Assembly: GCA_934463455.1 (NCBI GenBank)
Contig: CAKSJU010000001.1
Span: 1-62,386 of the forward strand
From: an uncultured Clostridia bacterium
Lineage (GTDB): Bacteria; Bacillota; Clostridia; UBA1381
Length of the DNA: 62,386 bases
Reading direction: 5' to 3'
Shown: one piece after another, positions 53,253 to 62,386 of the stretch
Layout: every line of letters starts with the position of its first letter
Numbering within the stretch: the stretch's first letter is position 1
Position numbers and translations under genes: made by a program
Notes under the pieces: model-generated
What the model saw: only the letters and a program-made list of their open reading frames with translations
Database searches by the model: none
What the model was told of the DNA's origin: nothing

Positions 53253-54689
53253 ATGAATTTAGAAAAAAGCGGAGAGCTTCTTTACAATTTGAGAAAAGCA
53301 AAGAAAATGACGCAGAAGCAGGTTGCCGACAGGCTCGGAGTTTTGCCGAAAACAATTTCGAAATGGGAAACGGGGCACGGTTTCCCGGATATTTCCTGCG
53401 TTCCGGATTTGGCAAAAATTTTAGGAGTAAGTACCGATACAATTTTATCCGGCAGCCTTACCGCAAACATTGAGGAGGTCGGAAATATGAAAAAAACAAA
53501 ATTTTATGTGTGTCCGCAGTGCAGAAGCTTTATGCAGGGGGTTGGAGAATGTAAAATTTCCTGCTGCGGGAAAGAATTAAAACCGTTAAAGGCGGCATTG
53601 GGTGAGGGAGACGTAAAAATTTCGGAAATTGAAAACGATTATTACATTACCTTTTCTCATGAAATGAACAAGGAGCATTTTATAGCGTTTGCAGCTTATG
53701 TGACCTTTGACAAAGTGCTTACAGTAAGGCTTTACCCCGAGCAGGATTCTTCGGTAAGATTTCCGAAGCTTTACGGAGGAAAGTTATATTATTATTGTAA
53801 TAAGCACGGACTTTTTGAATATGTACCGCCGGAAAAGGACAGCAATTCTTCAAATGGCGGACTTACGTCATTAATGTCTGCATTTGCAAGAGCATATCAC
53901 GGTAAAAACAGTCGGAATCCTATATTTTATGACGGTTTTGCGGAAAAGCTTTTAACCGATGAAGAGTATGAAAATATTTTAAATTTTATTTCGGCAGAAA
54001 AAGAAAATGCAGATGATTATATAAACAAAAACCTTGTCCCCACCCCGGCAGCACGTGCGGCTTTTTTTGAAGAAAGTATTGAAAACGCAATTCAAATCGG
54101 CACGCGGCAGTATGTAATTCTCGGCAGCGGTTTGGATACCTTTGCACTGAAAAAGGACAGTTCGGGTATTAAGATATTTGAACTTGACAAAAAAACAACT
54201 GTTGAAGATAAAAAGAAAAGAATTGAGCGTGCCGGATTAAAAAGCGGAAGCAGTATTTTGGCGGCAGATTTATCCTGCGATAATATTGAAAAAATATTAT
54301 GTGAGAACGGATTTGACAAAAACAAAAAAACAATATTTTCCTGCATGGGACTTCTGTATTATCTCACAAAAGAGGAAATTGACAAGCTTCTGGAACAAAT
54401 TTCGGGAATTTGTGCCGAAGGCAGTTCGCTGGTGTTTGATTTCGGAGACAGTCATTTGTTTTCCTCCGAAGTCCCGCGGGTGAAGGATATGGTGAAAATG
54501 GCACAGAAAAGCGGCGAGCCTATGAAATCATGTTTTGGTTACGGCGAACTCGAAAAATTGCTTGAAAAGCATGGATTTTTAATCTATGAATTTTTAAATC
54601 GTGACGATATTCAAAGGAGATTTTTTGAAGGTAACGAAGAAACGACCGCATTCGAACATATAAATTATGTACTTGCGGTGAAAAAATAA
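53253..54689 (+). CDS. Three-domain fusion: XRE-family HTH + desulfoferrodoxin/SOR-like domain + LCM/TIGR00027-type SAM-dependent O-methyltransferase
   Basis: aa 1-70: ..MTQKQVADRLGVLPKTISKWETGHGFPD... aa 80-190: YVCPQCRSF..CCGKEL.. then ..FSHEMNKEHFIAF..YYYCNKHGLFEY (compare SOR HPM..EHYI.. and ..YCNLHGLW). aa 200-478: ..RQYVILGSGLDTFA..ELD...DL..CMGLLYYL... Confidence 0.65.
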   Translation: MNLEKSGELLYNLRKAKKMTQKQVADRLGVLPKTISKWETGHGFPDISCVPDLAKILGVSTDTILSGSLTANIEEVGNMKKTKFYVCPQCRSFMQGVGECKISCCGKELKPLKAALGEGDVKISEIENDYYITFSHEMNKEHFIAFAAYVTFDKVLTVRLYPEQDSSVRFPKLYGGKLYYYCNKHGLFEYVPPEKDSNSSNGGLTSLMSAFARAYHGKNSRNPIFYDGFAEKLLTDEEYENILNFISAEKENADDYINKNLVPTPAARAAFFEESIENAIQIGTRQYVILGSGLDTFALKKDSSGIKIFELDKKTTVEDKKKRIERAGLKSGSSILAADLSCDNIEKILCENGFDKNKKTIFSCMGLLYYLTKEEIDKLLEQISGICAEGSSLVFDFGDSHLFSSEVPRVKDMVKMAQKSGEPMKSCFGYGELEKLLEKHGFLIYEFLNRDDIQRRFFEGNEETTAFEHINYVLAVKK

Positions 54690-54797
54690 AAGCGGCGGAT
54701 AAAAACACTTGACAAAATGTATCGCATATGATAAACTGTGTTCACTAAAAAATAAAATCGCGGTGTAATAATTTCTTATCATTTCTTTGTGACAGAA

Positions 54798-55691
54798 CTA
54801 ATCTTTCTTTTCATAGTAAGCGGAGAAATTCTGCAAATCGTTTTCTTTAACTCTTGCCGATATATATTCTTTTGGTGTCATGCCGTATTTTTTTTGAAAA
54901 CATTTATAAAACCAGCTTAAATTCTGAAAACCGCTTTGATAAATTAAATCCGTTATATTTACTCCTTTGTTCAAAAGCATACTGCATATATAGTTTAATC
55001 TGTTATCGATAATGAAATCCGTAGGCGTGGTATTATAGTATTTTTTAAAGCTGCGTGATAAATGCTCCTGCGATTTATTGCTTATTTTGAGCATTTGAGG
55101 AAAGCCTTTTGAAAAGTTCTCCGCTTTTTTCATTTCTTCATATGTATATGAAAGCCAAATAGGAATATTGCTTTCCGGCACAAGTGAAGTATAGCTGCTG
55201 AAATACTCCGCAAAAAGCTTTATGAGCAAAACCTTTGCATGCAGCTTTTTGGAAATAAAATTATCGATTGTAACATCTTCAAGAGATGATAAATTCAGCG
55301 AAAGCTTGTTGAGCTTTTGAGAGTCAAGCGTAACGGTAGGAGGCATGGGAGACTCTAAAAGCAAATCAAAATCGTAACAATCCGAAAGATATTCCTTTAC
55401 CGCTTCAATAAAATCAATTGAAATAGAAAAGTTAATAAATGAGAAATTGTTTTTTGAACGCTCAAATGTGTGTCTGTCATCGGGACGGATAAAGACAAGC
55501 GTTCCGCGGGGCAGAACCATTCGCGACTCATTTATTAAATGTGCTATGTTATCGTCAAGAGTCAAAAACACTTCGTAATATTCATGGCTGTGAACAAAAA
55601 AAATCTCTGTTTCGGAATATGAGTGCTTGCATGTGAACTTCAAACTTGAATTAATAAACAGAGAGGCGGGTAAAACAGGAATACGATTCAT
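54798..55691 (-). CDS. AraC-family transcriptional regulator
   Basis: A cupin-like N-terminus and the C-terminal HTH ..LSRSFKKYYNTTPTDFI..QSGFQNLSWFYKCFQKKYGMTPKEY... ATG 55691 is 10 nt after AAGAGG. Confidence 0.85.
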   Translation of the reverse strand: MNRIPVLPASLFINSSLKFTCKHSYSETEIFFVHSHEYYEVFLTLDDNIAHLINESRMVLPRGTLVFIRPDDRHTFERSKNNFSFINFSISIDFIEAVKEYLSDCYDFDLLLESPMPPTVTLDSQKLNKLSLNLSSLEDVTIDNFISKKLHAKVLLIKLFAEYFSSYTSLVPESNIPIWLSYTYEEMKKAENFSKGFPQMLKISNKSQEHLSRSFKKYYNTTPTDFIIDNRLNYICSMLLNKGVNITDLIYQSGFQNLSWFYKCFQKKYGMTPKEYISARVKENDLQNFSAYYEKKD

Positions 55692-56017
55692 ATAAATAAG
55701 ACCTCTTTTCAATACAAATAAACTATCATAATATCATTATACGATAGTTTTTGTATCATGTCAATGCTTTTTTTGATAATAAAATAATGTTATAATAAAT
55801 TTAAAGAAAAGGTTGGATTTATGGAAATAATTACTAAATAAACGAGAAAAAATGCAGCATGTAAATAAAATTACGCGGTTTTTATAAAAAAATGAAGTTT
55901 GGTTTTTTATAAAAGATTATATCAATAAAAGAAAAAAACAGTGTTCGGTAAATATCTGCATGAGGTGCACCTCGGCGGAATTTATATAAAAAATAAAAGT
56001 AGAAAGGAAATGAAAAA

Positions 56018-58558
56018 ATGAAAAAAATGAAAGAAAAAATTGTAGCGTTGTGCAGTATGATTGCGATACTGGCATCTGTGTTTGTTGCTCCCGCAGCGGC
56101 GGAAACAGCAGAGACTATCAGTATTTTGTGTAAGGATCAGGCGGCAAGTAATCCGCAGATATATCGCGGATGGGGTCATGGCGACGCTTTGGGCAATCAA
56201 ACTGACGACATAACCGGGACTATTTCCGCAAAATTTGATTTTACGGTGGAAAAAGCAGGTTGGTATGATGCGGAATTTATAATAGCGTCTAATTCAAGCT
56301 ATCGTTATTCTGCCGGTAATTTTTCGAAGGTTAATTATTGGTTTGACAGCGATAGCCCGAAATGGCTTTCGGATTCGTCTGTAAATGCTGCTTCGCCTAC
56401 GGTGGAAACCTTGAATTATGACCCGCTGAGCACTGCGGAAAACTTTGAACAGACAAAGCTTTTGGAGCCTTTATATTTTGAGGCGGGCAGCCATTCAATT
56501 AATTTTATTACTGACGGAGTAAACAGAAGTAACATTGTTATGGCAGGATTTTATTCAATAAAGCTTAATTATGTTGATTTTTCTGTTATTAATGTTATGT
56601 GCCGAGACCAAAAGGCAGCAAACAGTTCTTTGGAAGAATGGGGAATAGGCGGAAATTACGGAGCTGCGCTGGGTAAAAGAATAAATAATAATAACAATGC
56701 TCAGAAGATTAACGCATCTTTTAAATTTAACATAAAAAACGAGGGTTGGTATTCCGCGAACTTTATTATAGCATCCAATTCCGGCAATGAATATTCTGCC
56801 GGAAATTTTTCGAAGGTCAATTATTGGTTTGACAGTGATAGCCCGAAATGGCTTTCGGATTCAGCGGTAAATCCTTCGTCGCCGACGGTAACAACGGTGA
56901 ATATAGACCCGTTGAATACGTCTCGAAATTATGAACAGACAAAGCTTTTGGAGCCGGTTTATTTTGCGGCGGGAGAGCATACAATTAGTTTTGAAACCTT
57001 TGAGGATAGCAGAGACGGAGCGGCACATGCAGCATTTTATTCGATTAAGCTCGAAAACATTGATGTAAGCTCATTAAATGATATTACGCTTCACGGCGGA
57101 GATTATCCGAATGTAGCTATTGAGGATAAGGATGGCAATGTAAGCTATGTGCAGGCGGAAACAGATAGATATAATTTAAAAGACAAAGGAAAAATAGCCT
57201 TGATATACCGTAACTCATCTAAAGACGGAGCGGAAAACGGATACAAATTCACAATTCCGTTTAAGGTTTATACGGATGGCTACTATGACTGTAATATAAA
57301 GATGTGTTCCTACGCTCGTTTGCCGATAAGTAAATACGGATGGAGTTCACCGGCATATGTTGGAATTGACGCTGAAGCGCCGACATGGATAAAATCATTT
57401 GCGACCGATGAAGATATTGAAGTGACTGCTGAAATTGTTAAAACATTCGGTGATGATACTTATAATTTTGAACCCGGACAGTGGCAGGAATGTGCTCTTA
57501 AACCTATGCACTTGGCAGCGGGAAATCATACTATGACAATTCACATTCCCGAACAGGCACCGAATCAGGAGAGCAACCTTTATATTTTTGCACTTGACAG
57601 CATTCACATCCGCCCGGCAGAAGCTCGGACGAGCTTTACAGCTGAGGGTGAAGAGCTCTGGATTAAAGATAAGAGTGACGTTGTTGAGGACAGTGTATAT
57701 TCAAACGGCTCGGCTGTGAAATATACACAAACAGGTACTGTGAGCGTTCCGTTCTATCTTTCGAGTGACGGAAACTACAATTTCGGGGCAATCGCAAAAG
57801 GAACAGCTTCGTATAGAGTAGACGGAACAGCTGTTTCGGGAATTTCGTCTATCGAGGATTTGCAGGCGACAGTCGGCAGCGGCTGGAACAGATACAAATC
57901 ATCGGTTATGCAGCTTAATGCGGGAGTACATACTCTTGAAATTGACGTAAACGACTCGTATATGCTTGATAAAATAGATATAATAAAAGCAATTAATGTG
58001 ACAGATATTTCCTTGCAGGGAGATGACGTTATATCTGAGGGTCAAAGCAAACTGATGAAAGTCATTAACCAAGACGGAGAAGAAGTGTCTTTGTATGATG
58101 TTGATTCTCTGTGCTTCGAAAGCAACGATGAAAATATTGCCGCGGTAGACGGTTACGGCAATGTCACAGCTGTAAATGCGGGCACGGCCGTAATTACTGT
58201 CGGAGCGGCAGCAGGCGGAAAAAATATGACTGCTTCAAAGAAGATTTATGTACCGGGTAAAACCGGCTTATATCTTAAGGATGCTGCAATAAACGGAAAT
58301 GATGTAACGGTTACGCTTGCGGCAGCTTCGGATGCTGCGGCATCAAAAGTGATAGTTGCTTCGTATGGCGCAGTAAACGGAGTTCCGACATCATTTAAAG
58401 CAGTTAATTTTGCGGATTTCGGTGCAATTTCCGCAAATACAAGCGATACAAAAACAATATCATTAACTTCAATAGAAGCGTCGGATCATGTATGTGTATT
58501 TGTATTTGACGGTCTTGATACAATGGTACCATTGTATGCAAAAACAATCGTAAGATAA
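56018..58558 (+). CDS. Secreted 846-aa protein with tandem CBM-like modules and a Big_2 (bacterial Ig-like) domain
   Basis: It has a signal peptide, two repeats of about 162 aa (56117-56602 and 56603-57089), further beta-sandwich-like modules, and a Big_2-like segment ..ENIAAVDGYGNVTAVNAGTAVITV... Confidence 0.6.
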   Translation: MKKMKEKIVALCSMIAILASVFVAPAAAETAETISILCKDQAASNPQIYRGWGHGDALGNQTDDITGTISAKFDFTVEKAGWYDAEFIIASNSSYRYSAGNFSKVNYWFDSDSPKWLSDSSVNAASPTVETLNYDPLSTAENFEQTKLLEPLYFEAGSHSINFITDGVNRSNIVMAGFYSIKLNYVDFSVINVMCRDQKAANSSLEEWGIGGNYGAALGKRINNNNNAQKINASFKFNIKNEGWYSANFIIASNSGNEYSAGNFSKVNYWFDSDSPKWLSDSAVNPSSPTVTTVNIDPLNTSRNYEQTKLLEPVYFAAGEHTISFETFEDSRDGAAHAAFYSIKLENIDVSSLNDITLHGGDYPNVAIEDKDGNVSYVQAETDRYNLKDKGKIALIYRNSSKDGAENGYKFTIPFKVYTDGYYDCNIKMCSYARLPISKYGWSSPAYVGIDAEAPTWIKSFATDEDIEVTAEIVKTFGDDTYNFEPGQWQECALKPMHLAAGNHTMTIHIPEQAPNQESNLYIFALDSIHIRPAEARTSFTAEGEELWIKDKSDVVEDSVYSNGSAVKYTQTGTVSVPFYLSSDGNYNFGAIAKGTASYRVDGTAVSGISSIEDLQATVGSGWNRYKSSVMQLNAGVHTLEIDVNDSYMLDKIDIIKAINVTDISLQGDDVISEGQSKLMKVINQDGEEVSLYDVDSLCFESNDENIAAVDGYGNVTAVNAGTAVITVGAAAGGKNMTASKKIYVPGKTGLYLKDAAINGNDVTVTLAAASDAAASKVIVASYGAVNGVPTSFKAVNFADFGAISANTSDTKTISLTSIEASDHVCVFVFDGLDTMVPLYAKTIVR
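56117..57089 (+). repeat. Intragenic tandem duplication (2 x ~486 nt)
   Basis: For example, 56308-56400 and 56794-56886 are nearly identical at nucleotide level (..ttctgccgg.aatttttcgaaggt.aattattggtttgacag.gatagcccgaaatggctttcggattc..). Confidence 0.85.
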
Positions 58559-58633
58559 ATATTGTCTGCACGGCGGAATTTAGAAATGCGTTTTAGAATA
58601 ATTCCGCCGTGCAATTCCTAATGGAGGGCAGAA

Positions 58634-61600
58634 ATGAAAAAAACAATACGTTTTTTGTTTATTATGACGGCAGTTCTTTTTATTGCAGTGCTGCCGGCAA
58701 GTGCGGAAAGTGTAAGAACAGAGGGGGAAAACTACTCCGATATAAGCTTTGACGGAGGGTATATAAGAAACAATTCGAATTTCAGCGAAAAAAAAGCTTT
58801 ATATGCGGATGTTGATGCGTTAATCGGCGAATGCCGCATAACATATAATATTGACGCTCCGAAAGACGGAAATTATAATTTAACAGGTGTGACCAGTGTA
58901 TTTGACGCGTATTATACCACAGATTTTGACATACGGATAAACGACGGTGATTTGTACATGCCGCAGGTAAAGGTTCTTGAAAAATATTCATGGACAATTG
59001 CCGGAAGAAACGACTATATGGCGCGCCAGGATTTCGGAAGCGTAAGGCTGAACAAGGGACAAAACAAATTGGAAATAATTCTCAGAAGAGATGATCCTCA
59101 TGTTACCGATGCGAGATTTATAACAATTATAGATTACTTGGAATTTACATCGGTTACGGAGGAATTTAAAATAAAAGAAATTAAAGCACTGACAGATGCA
59201 GCCAATGTTTTTTCGAAAGGCAGCAATGCGGAATTTAAAATAAAATTTACCGATGCGGCACAGACGAAAAAAACGGTCATGTTCAATCTGTATGATATGA
59301 CCGGCAGAAAAGTCAGGAACGGGTATGTTTCGGCGGCAAAAGGTAAAACCGAATGTATGCTTAATTTGGGTGCTATGCTTTGCGGTTGGTATAAGCTGGA
59401 GATTTCGGGAATTGAAACGGATAATATTTTAAATCCGATATTTTTCAGTATTGTGGACAGTGCAAAAAACAGCTCAAAAAACAGTCCTTTCGGTATTGAT
59501 AAATTTAAAAGCAATTTATATGACAGTAAAAAAATGTATAAGGCCGCGGGATATATGGGAATTGATATGGTAAGAATCGGAAATGACCCTTATCTTGCGA
59601 TGAATAATGAAAACTATCTTGAAACTCATGAAGATTTATATAGAGACGCGGAATATGCCGAAGGAATGAAAACGCTTGTAGGATATGAGCATTTGGGTGC
59701 AAATTGGTCAAGAAAGAGTCCGGATAATTTGCTTGAAGCTTATGAAATGAATAAAAATCTTGCGTCTCATTATAAGGGCAGAGGGTATGCGTATGAAATA
59801 TGGAATGAAGAAGAAGCGCAGTTTTACGAGCAGCCGGCAGACACGTATGCCTCATTTTTTAAGGCAGCGGCGATAGGCATATCGGACGGCGACCAAGCTG
59901 CTTTCAAAATGCCGGGCGGTTACGGCGGAACGCCGGAAAATTTCTTTGTACGACTTCTTTTGAGAAACGGAGTTACCGATTATGCGGACGCATACGCCTA
60001 CCATAATCATACTTCCGTTTTAAGAGGTAAATCATACAGTAAATTCGTTGAATCGGTAGCAAAAAAACATATGAATGCAGCGTTGGCATATGATGCTTTT
60101 CAGCCTGTGTGGGTAACCGAAGCGGGGATAAATATGGCTGTGGACGGTAATGAAATTCCTGCGGACGATACTCTTTCTTCACAGGCAAGATATTATGTGG
60201 TAGGTACTGTTCAGCAGCTGGCATACGGAGCGAAAAAATCGTTTTGGTTCAGAATGGGTCATTTTATGGAGGACGGAAACGAATGGGGAACATATAACAA
60301 AGAAAGTCAGCCGTACCCGGCAGTAAATTCAATTGCCATGCTCACGAAAATTCTTAAAAAAGGAGAATTTAAGGGAACACTAAACACTGTCGGAGATGTA
60401 GAGGGATATTTGTTTGATACCGGTGACAGCGACGCAGCGGTTGTCTGGTCAGACTCAGAGGGAAGGTGTCAGCTCTATACCGATTTGCCCGTTAAGGTTA
60501 CAAGTCTTGATCGGGAAACAAAGGAATATAAACCGACGGTTATGAACGGCGGCGGTATGGTAAATATTCCGGTGTCATATTTTCCGATATTTATAGAATT
60601 TGTCGGCAGGTCGGACGAAAGAAACTATTTTGGGATAAAGGGTTTTGAAAAAAATACTGCCGCAAAAACCTATACTGCCGCGGACAGGATTGTTCTTCAG
60701 CAGCTTTGGGAAGGACAAGACGAATATCAATCAAAGGTACGCGGGTATAAGCTTTCGTACGGACAAAAGCAGAAGATTAAGTTCAATGTGTACAATTTTA
60801 ATGATACGCAGCAAAGAGGAACATTGAATATTGTTTCGGAATCCGCTGTAAGAGAGACCGAAATTATTAATTTGAGCGGCCGAAGCTTTGAATTTAATAT
60901 TGCACCGATGTCTTCGCAGAGCTTTGAAGCGGAAGTAGTATGCAATTCAAATGCGGAAGCGGGAGAAACAGGATTTTTGATGCTATCGGCAAAGCTTTCG
61001 GACGGAAGTGAAATATCAAAATCCATAGCGGCATTTTATGCGGATGACAGCGAAAGGGTGTTATCCGGTTATGATTATTTCGAAAATTATTCGGATATAA
61101 CAAAATGGAATGAAAAAAATTGCGGCGACGGAATTACAATAAAGAAAAGCAGCCCGTCGGACGGTGTGGTACGTTTTGATGTAACGAGCAAAAATAATAA
61201 TGTGTGGTATTGGCCGAGCATAGGTTTAACAAATTATGTCGGTGACGAAGCGGGACTCACTTTTAAAATCCGTTCGACAAAAGGAAACGAGCAGAATGTA
61301 AATGTGTATGCTTACTGTACAGACGGAGCATATTGGCTCGGGATAACAAATGCGGTTTCGTATGACGGAGAATGGAAGCAGGTTATTATTCCCTGGCACA
61401 GATTTCTTGTATTTTCGGGTACAAGCACGGAATTTGACCCGAAAAAAATAAGAAGCATAGGAATTGGAAGCTATGCTCCCGCGGGAGAAAGCTCCTATGA
61501 ATTAAAGGAATTGGGTTTTTACCGGTCGGACAGTCCGGCCGACATGAGCGATAAGGGACAGCCGATAAGGATAAGCGGTATAACGCCGGATAAAAAATAT

Positions 61601-61819
61601 AACAGAAATACGAGATTTCATATTGAGGCAAACGTTAATCAGACAAACGAAATCTCTGTAAGATTGGGAGACCGGTATATAAACGACTATTCTTTAAATG
61701 ACGGTAAGCTTGTATTTGATTTCACCGTGAATGAGCGGGGAAAATATGATTTACAAATTACAAACACCGATAAATGGAATTACAAAAATACATCGTTGAT
61801 TAATTTTTATGTAAAATAG
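58634..61819 (+). CDS. Secreted 1061-aa clan GH-A-like glycoside hydrolase with flanking CBM-like modules
   Basis: It has a signal peptide. The (beta/alpha)8-type motifs are ..YAYEIWNEEE.. (acid/base NE) and ..PVWVTEAGI.. (nucleophile TE), flanked by N- and C-terminal beta-sandwich-like regions. Confidence 0.6.
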   Translation: MKKTIRFLFIMTAVLFIAVLPASAESVRTEGENYSDISFDGGYIRNNSNFSEKKALYADVDALIGECRITYNIDAPKDGNYNLTGVTSVFDAYYTTDFDIRINDGDLYMPQVKVLEKYSWTIAGRNDYMARQDFGSVRLNKGQNKLEIILRRDDPHVTDARFITIIDYLEFTSVTEEFKIKEIKALTDAANVFSKGSNAEFKIKFTDAAQTKKTVMFNLYDMTGRKVRNGYVSAAKGKTECMLNLGAMLCGWYKLEISGIETDNILNPIFFSIVDSAKNSSKNSPFGIDKFKSNLYDSKKMYKAAGYMGIDMVRIGNDPYLAMNNENYLETHEDLYRDAEYAEGMKTLVGYEHLGANWSRKSPDNLLEAYEMNKNLASHYKGRGYAYEIWNEEEAQFYEQPADTYASFFKAAAIGISDGDQAAFKMPGGYGGTPENFFVRLLLRNGVTDYADAYAYHNHTSVLRGKSYSKFVESVAKKHMNAALAYDAFQPVWVTEAGINMAVDGNEIPADDTLSSQARYYVVGTVQQLAYGAKKSFWFRMGHFMEDGNEWGTYNKESQPYPAVNSIAMLTKILKKGEFKGTLNTVGDVEGYLFDTGDSDAAVVWSDSEGRCQLYTDLPVKVTSLDRETKEYKPTVMNGGGMVNIPVSYFPIFIEFVGRSDERNYFGIKGFEKNTAAKTYTAADRIVLQQLWEGQDEYQSKVRGYKLSYGQKQKIKFNVYNFNDTQQRGTLNIVSESAVRETEIINLSGRSFEFNIAPMSSQSFEAEVVCNSNAEAGETGFLMLSAKLSDGSEISKSIAAFYADDSERVLSGYDYFENYSDITKWNEKNCGDGITIKKSSPSDGVVRFDVTSKNNNVWYWPSIGLTNYVGDEAGLTFKIRSTKGNEQNVNVYAYCTDGAYWLGITNAVSYDGEWKQVIIPWHRFLVFSGTSTEFDPKKIRSIGIGSYAPAGESSYELKELGFYRSDSPADMSDKGQPIRISGITPDKKYNRNTRFHIEANVNQTNEISVRLGDRYINDYSLNDGKLVFDFTVNERGKYDLQITNTDKWNYKNTSLINFYVK

Positions 61820-61854
61820 TTAGTTGTAAAACTTTAGTTTTACAATTAGCTAGT
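61817..61854. repeat. AT-rich palindromic element, copy G
   Basis: TAGTTAGTTGTAAAAC-TTTA-GTTTTACAATTAGCTAGT, between the GH-A-like gene and the SBP gene. Confidence 0.85.
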
Positions 61855-61883
61855 TATGTAAAATAAAAGGAGGAGCATTAACA

Positions 61884-62386
61884 ATGAAAATTAAGAAAGA
61901 AATGGCATTGGTTTTGGCTTTGGCAGCATTGACCGGAGGTTGTGCAAAACAGGCGGATGACGGAAAAATAACCCTAAAGGTCGGGAATTGGCCGGATGAA
62001 ACAAACGCAGAGTCTCTTACAAAGCAAAATGAATTAAAGGATAAATTTACGGAGGCAAATCCGGGAATTAATATTGTTCCGGACACTTATACGTTTGATA
62101 CAAAAACATTCACTATGAAAGCATCAGCGGATCAGCTTCCGAATTTGTACTCTACATGGTTTACGGAAATAGATAACATAATAAAACAAGGCTATGCAGC
62201 GGACATTACCGAGCAGATGAAAAAGCACGGTTTTGACACTGCAATAAACTCCGAGCTTTTGAATCTTGTAAAGGATGAAAACGGAAAAATATACGGAGTA
62301 CCTACAGACGCATATGCGCAGGGACTTTATATAGATAAAAAGCTGTTTAAAGAAGCGGGGCTTGTAACTGCCGACGGAAGCATAAA
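61884..62386 (+). CDS. ABC transporter extracellular solute-binding lipoprotein (sugar type), 5' partial at the window edge
   Basis: MKIKKEMALVLALAALTGGC lipobox, then ..ITLKVGNWPDE.. RBS AAAGGAGG. The ORF runs off the window. Confidence 0.75.
   Translation, partial: MKIKKEMALVLALAALTGGCAKQADDGKITLKVGNWPDETNAESLTKQNELKDKFTEANPGINIVPDTYTFDTKTFTMKASADQLPNLYSTWFTEIDNIIKQGYAADITEQMKKHGFDTAINSELLNLVKDENGKIYGVPTDAYAQGLYIDKKLFKEAGLVTADGSI

Noticed and set aside
1-62386. Scan for CRISPR arrays, rRNA, tRNA, tmRNA and group I/II introns.
   Set aside because: I found no regularly spaced direct repeats, no cloverleaf-like GC-rich 70-90 nt segments in the spacers, and no long non-coding stretches apart from 29171-29573 and 43358-45115, which are explained above.

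Overview
This is a low-GC Firmicutes/Clostridia-type chromosomal segment, with a spore-former hint from a cwlD-like amidase. It is densely packed with about 60 genes and I saw no rRNA, tRNA or CRISPR array.

Housekeeping genes:
- split transketolase, mrnC-cysS-cysE, argB, mtaB
- cdaA-cdaR-(ECF S component)-glmM
- purF, panT-like/coaX, ecfA1-ecfA2-ecfT-truA
- fhs, tsaE-tsaB-rpiB, and an EF-G paralogue

Accessory content:
- GH28, GH78 and clan GH-A-like glycosidases with AraC regulators, and two giant secreted CBM/Ig-like proteins
- an ECF sigma/anti-sigma pair next to a RayT/IS200-like protein
- an IS91-like transposase edge abutting a decayed metallophosphoesterase
- a decayed prophage fragment
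- an apparent metal/iron island of about 8 kb: feoA-feoA-feoB-Cys-rich peptide, small protein + P1B-ATPase with an SCA motif, DtxR-like repressor, DUF2325-like, DUF3793-like, flavodoxin

Most notable non-coding signals:
1. A family of seven 30-40 nt AT-rich palindromes (core TAATTGT[A/G]AAAC-TTTA-GTTTTACAATTA). Each has its centre 45.5-49.5 nt upstream of the start codon of an unrelated gene.
2. DtxR/IdeR-like inverted repeats overlapping the feo promoter, with a near-identical box again inside the regulator's own cluster.
3. A recurrent terminator-associated repeat module.
4. An orphan promoter-to-terminator unit of about 130 nt upstream of panT-coaX.

A three-domain fusion (XRE HTH + desulfoferrodoxin/SOR-like + LCM-type methyltransferase) is the most unusual protein architecture.

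All calls come from reading the sequence and ORF translations. No database search was possible, so family names are recognition-based and start codons are best guesses from RBS spacing.
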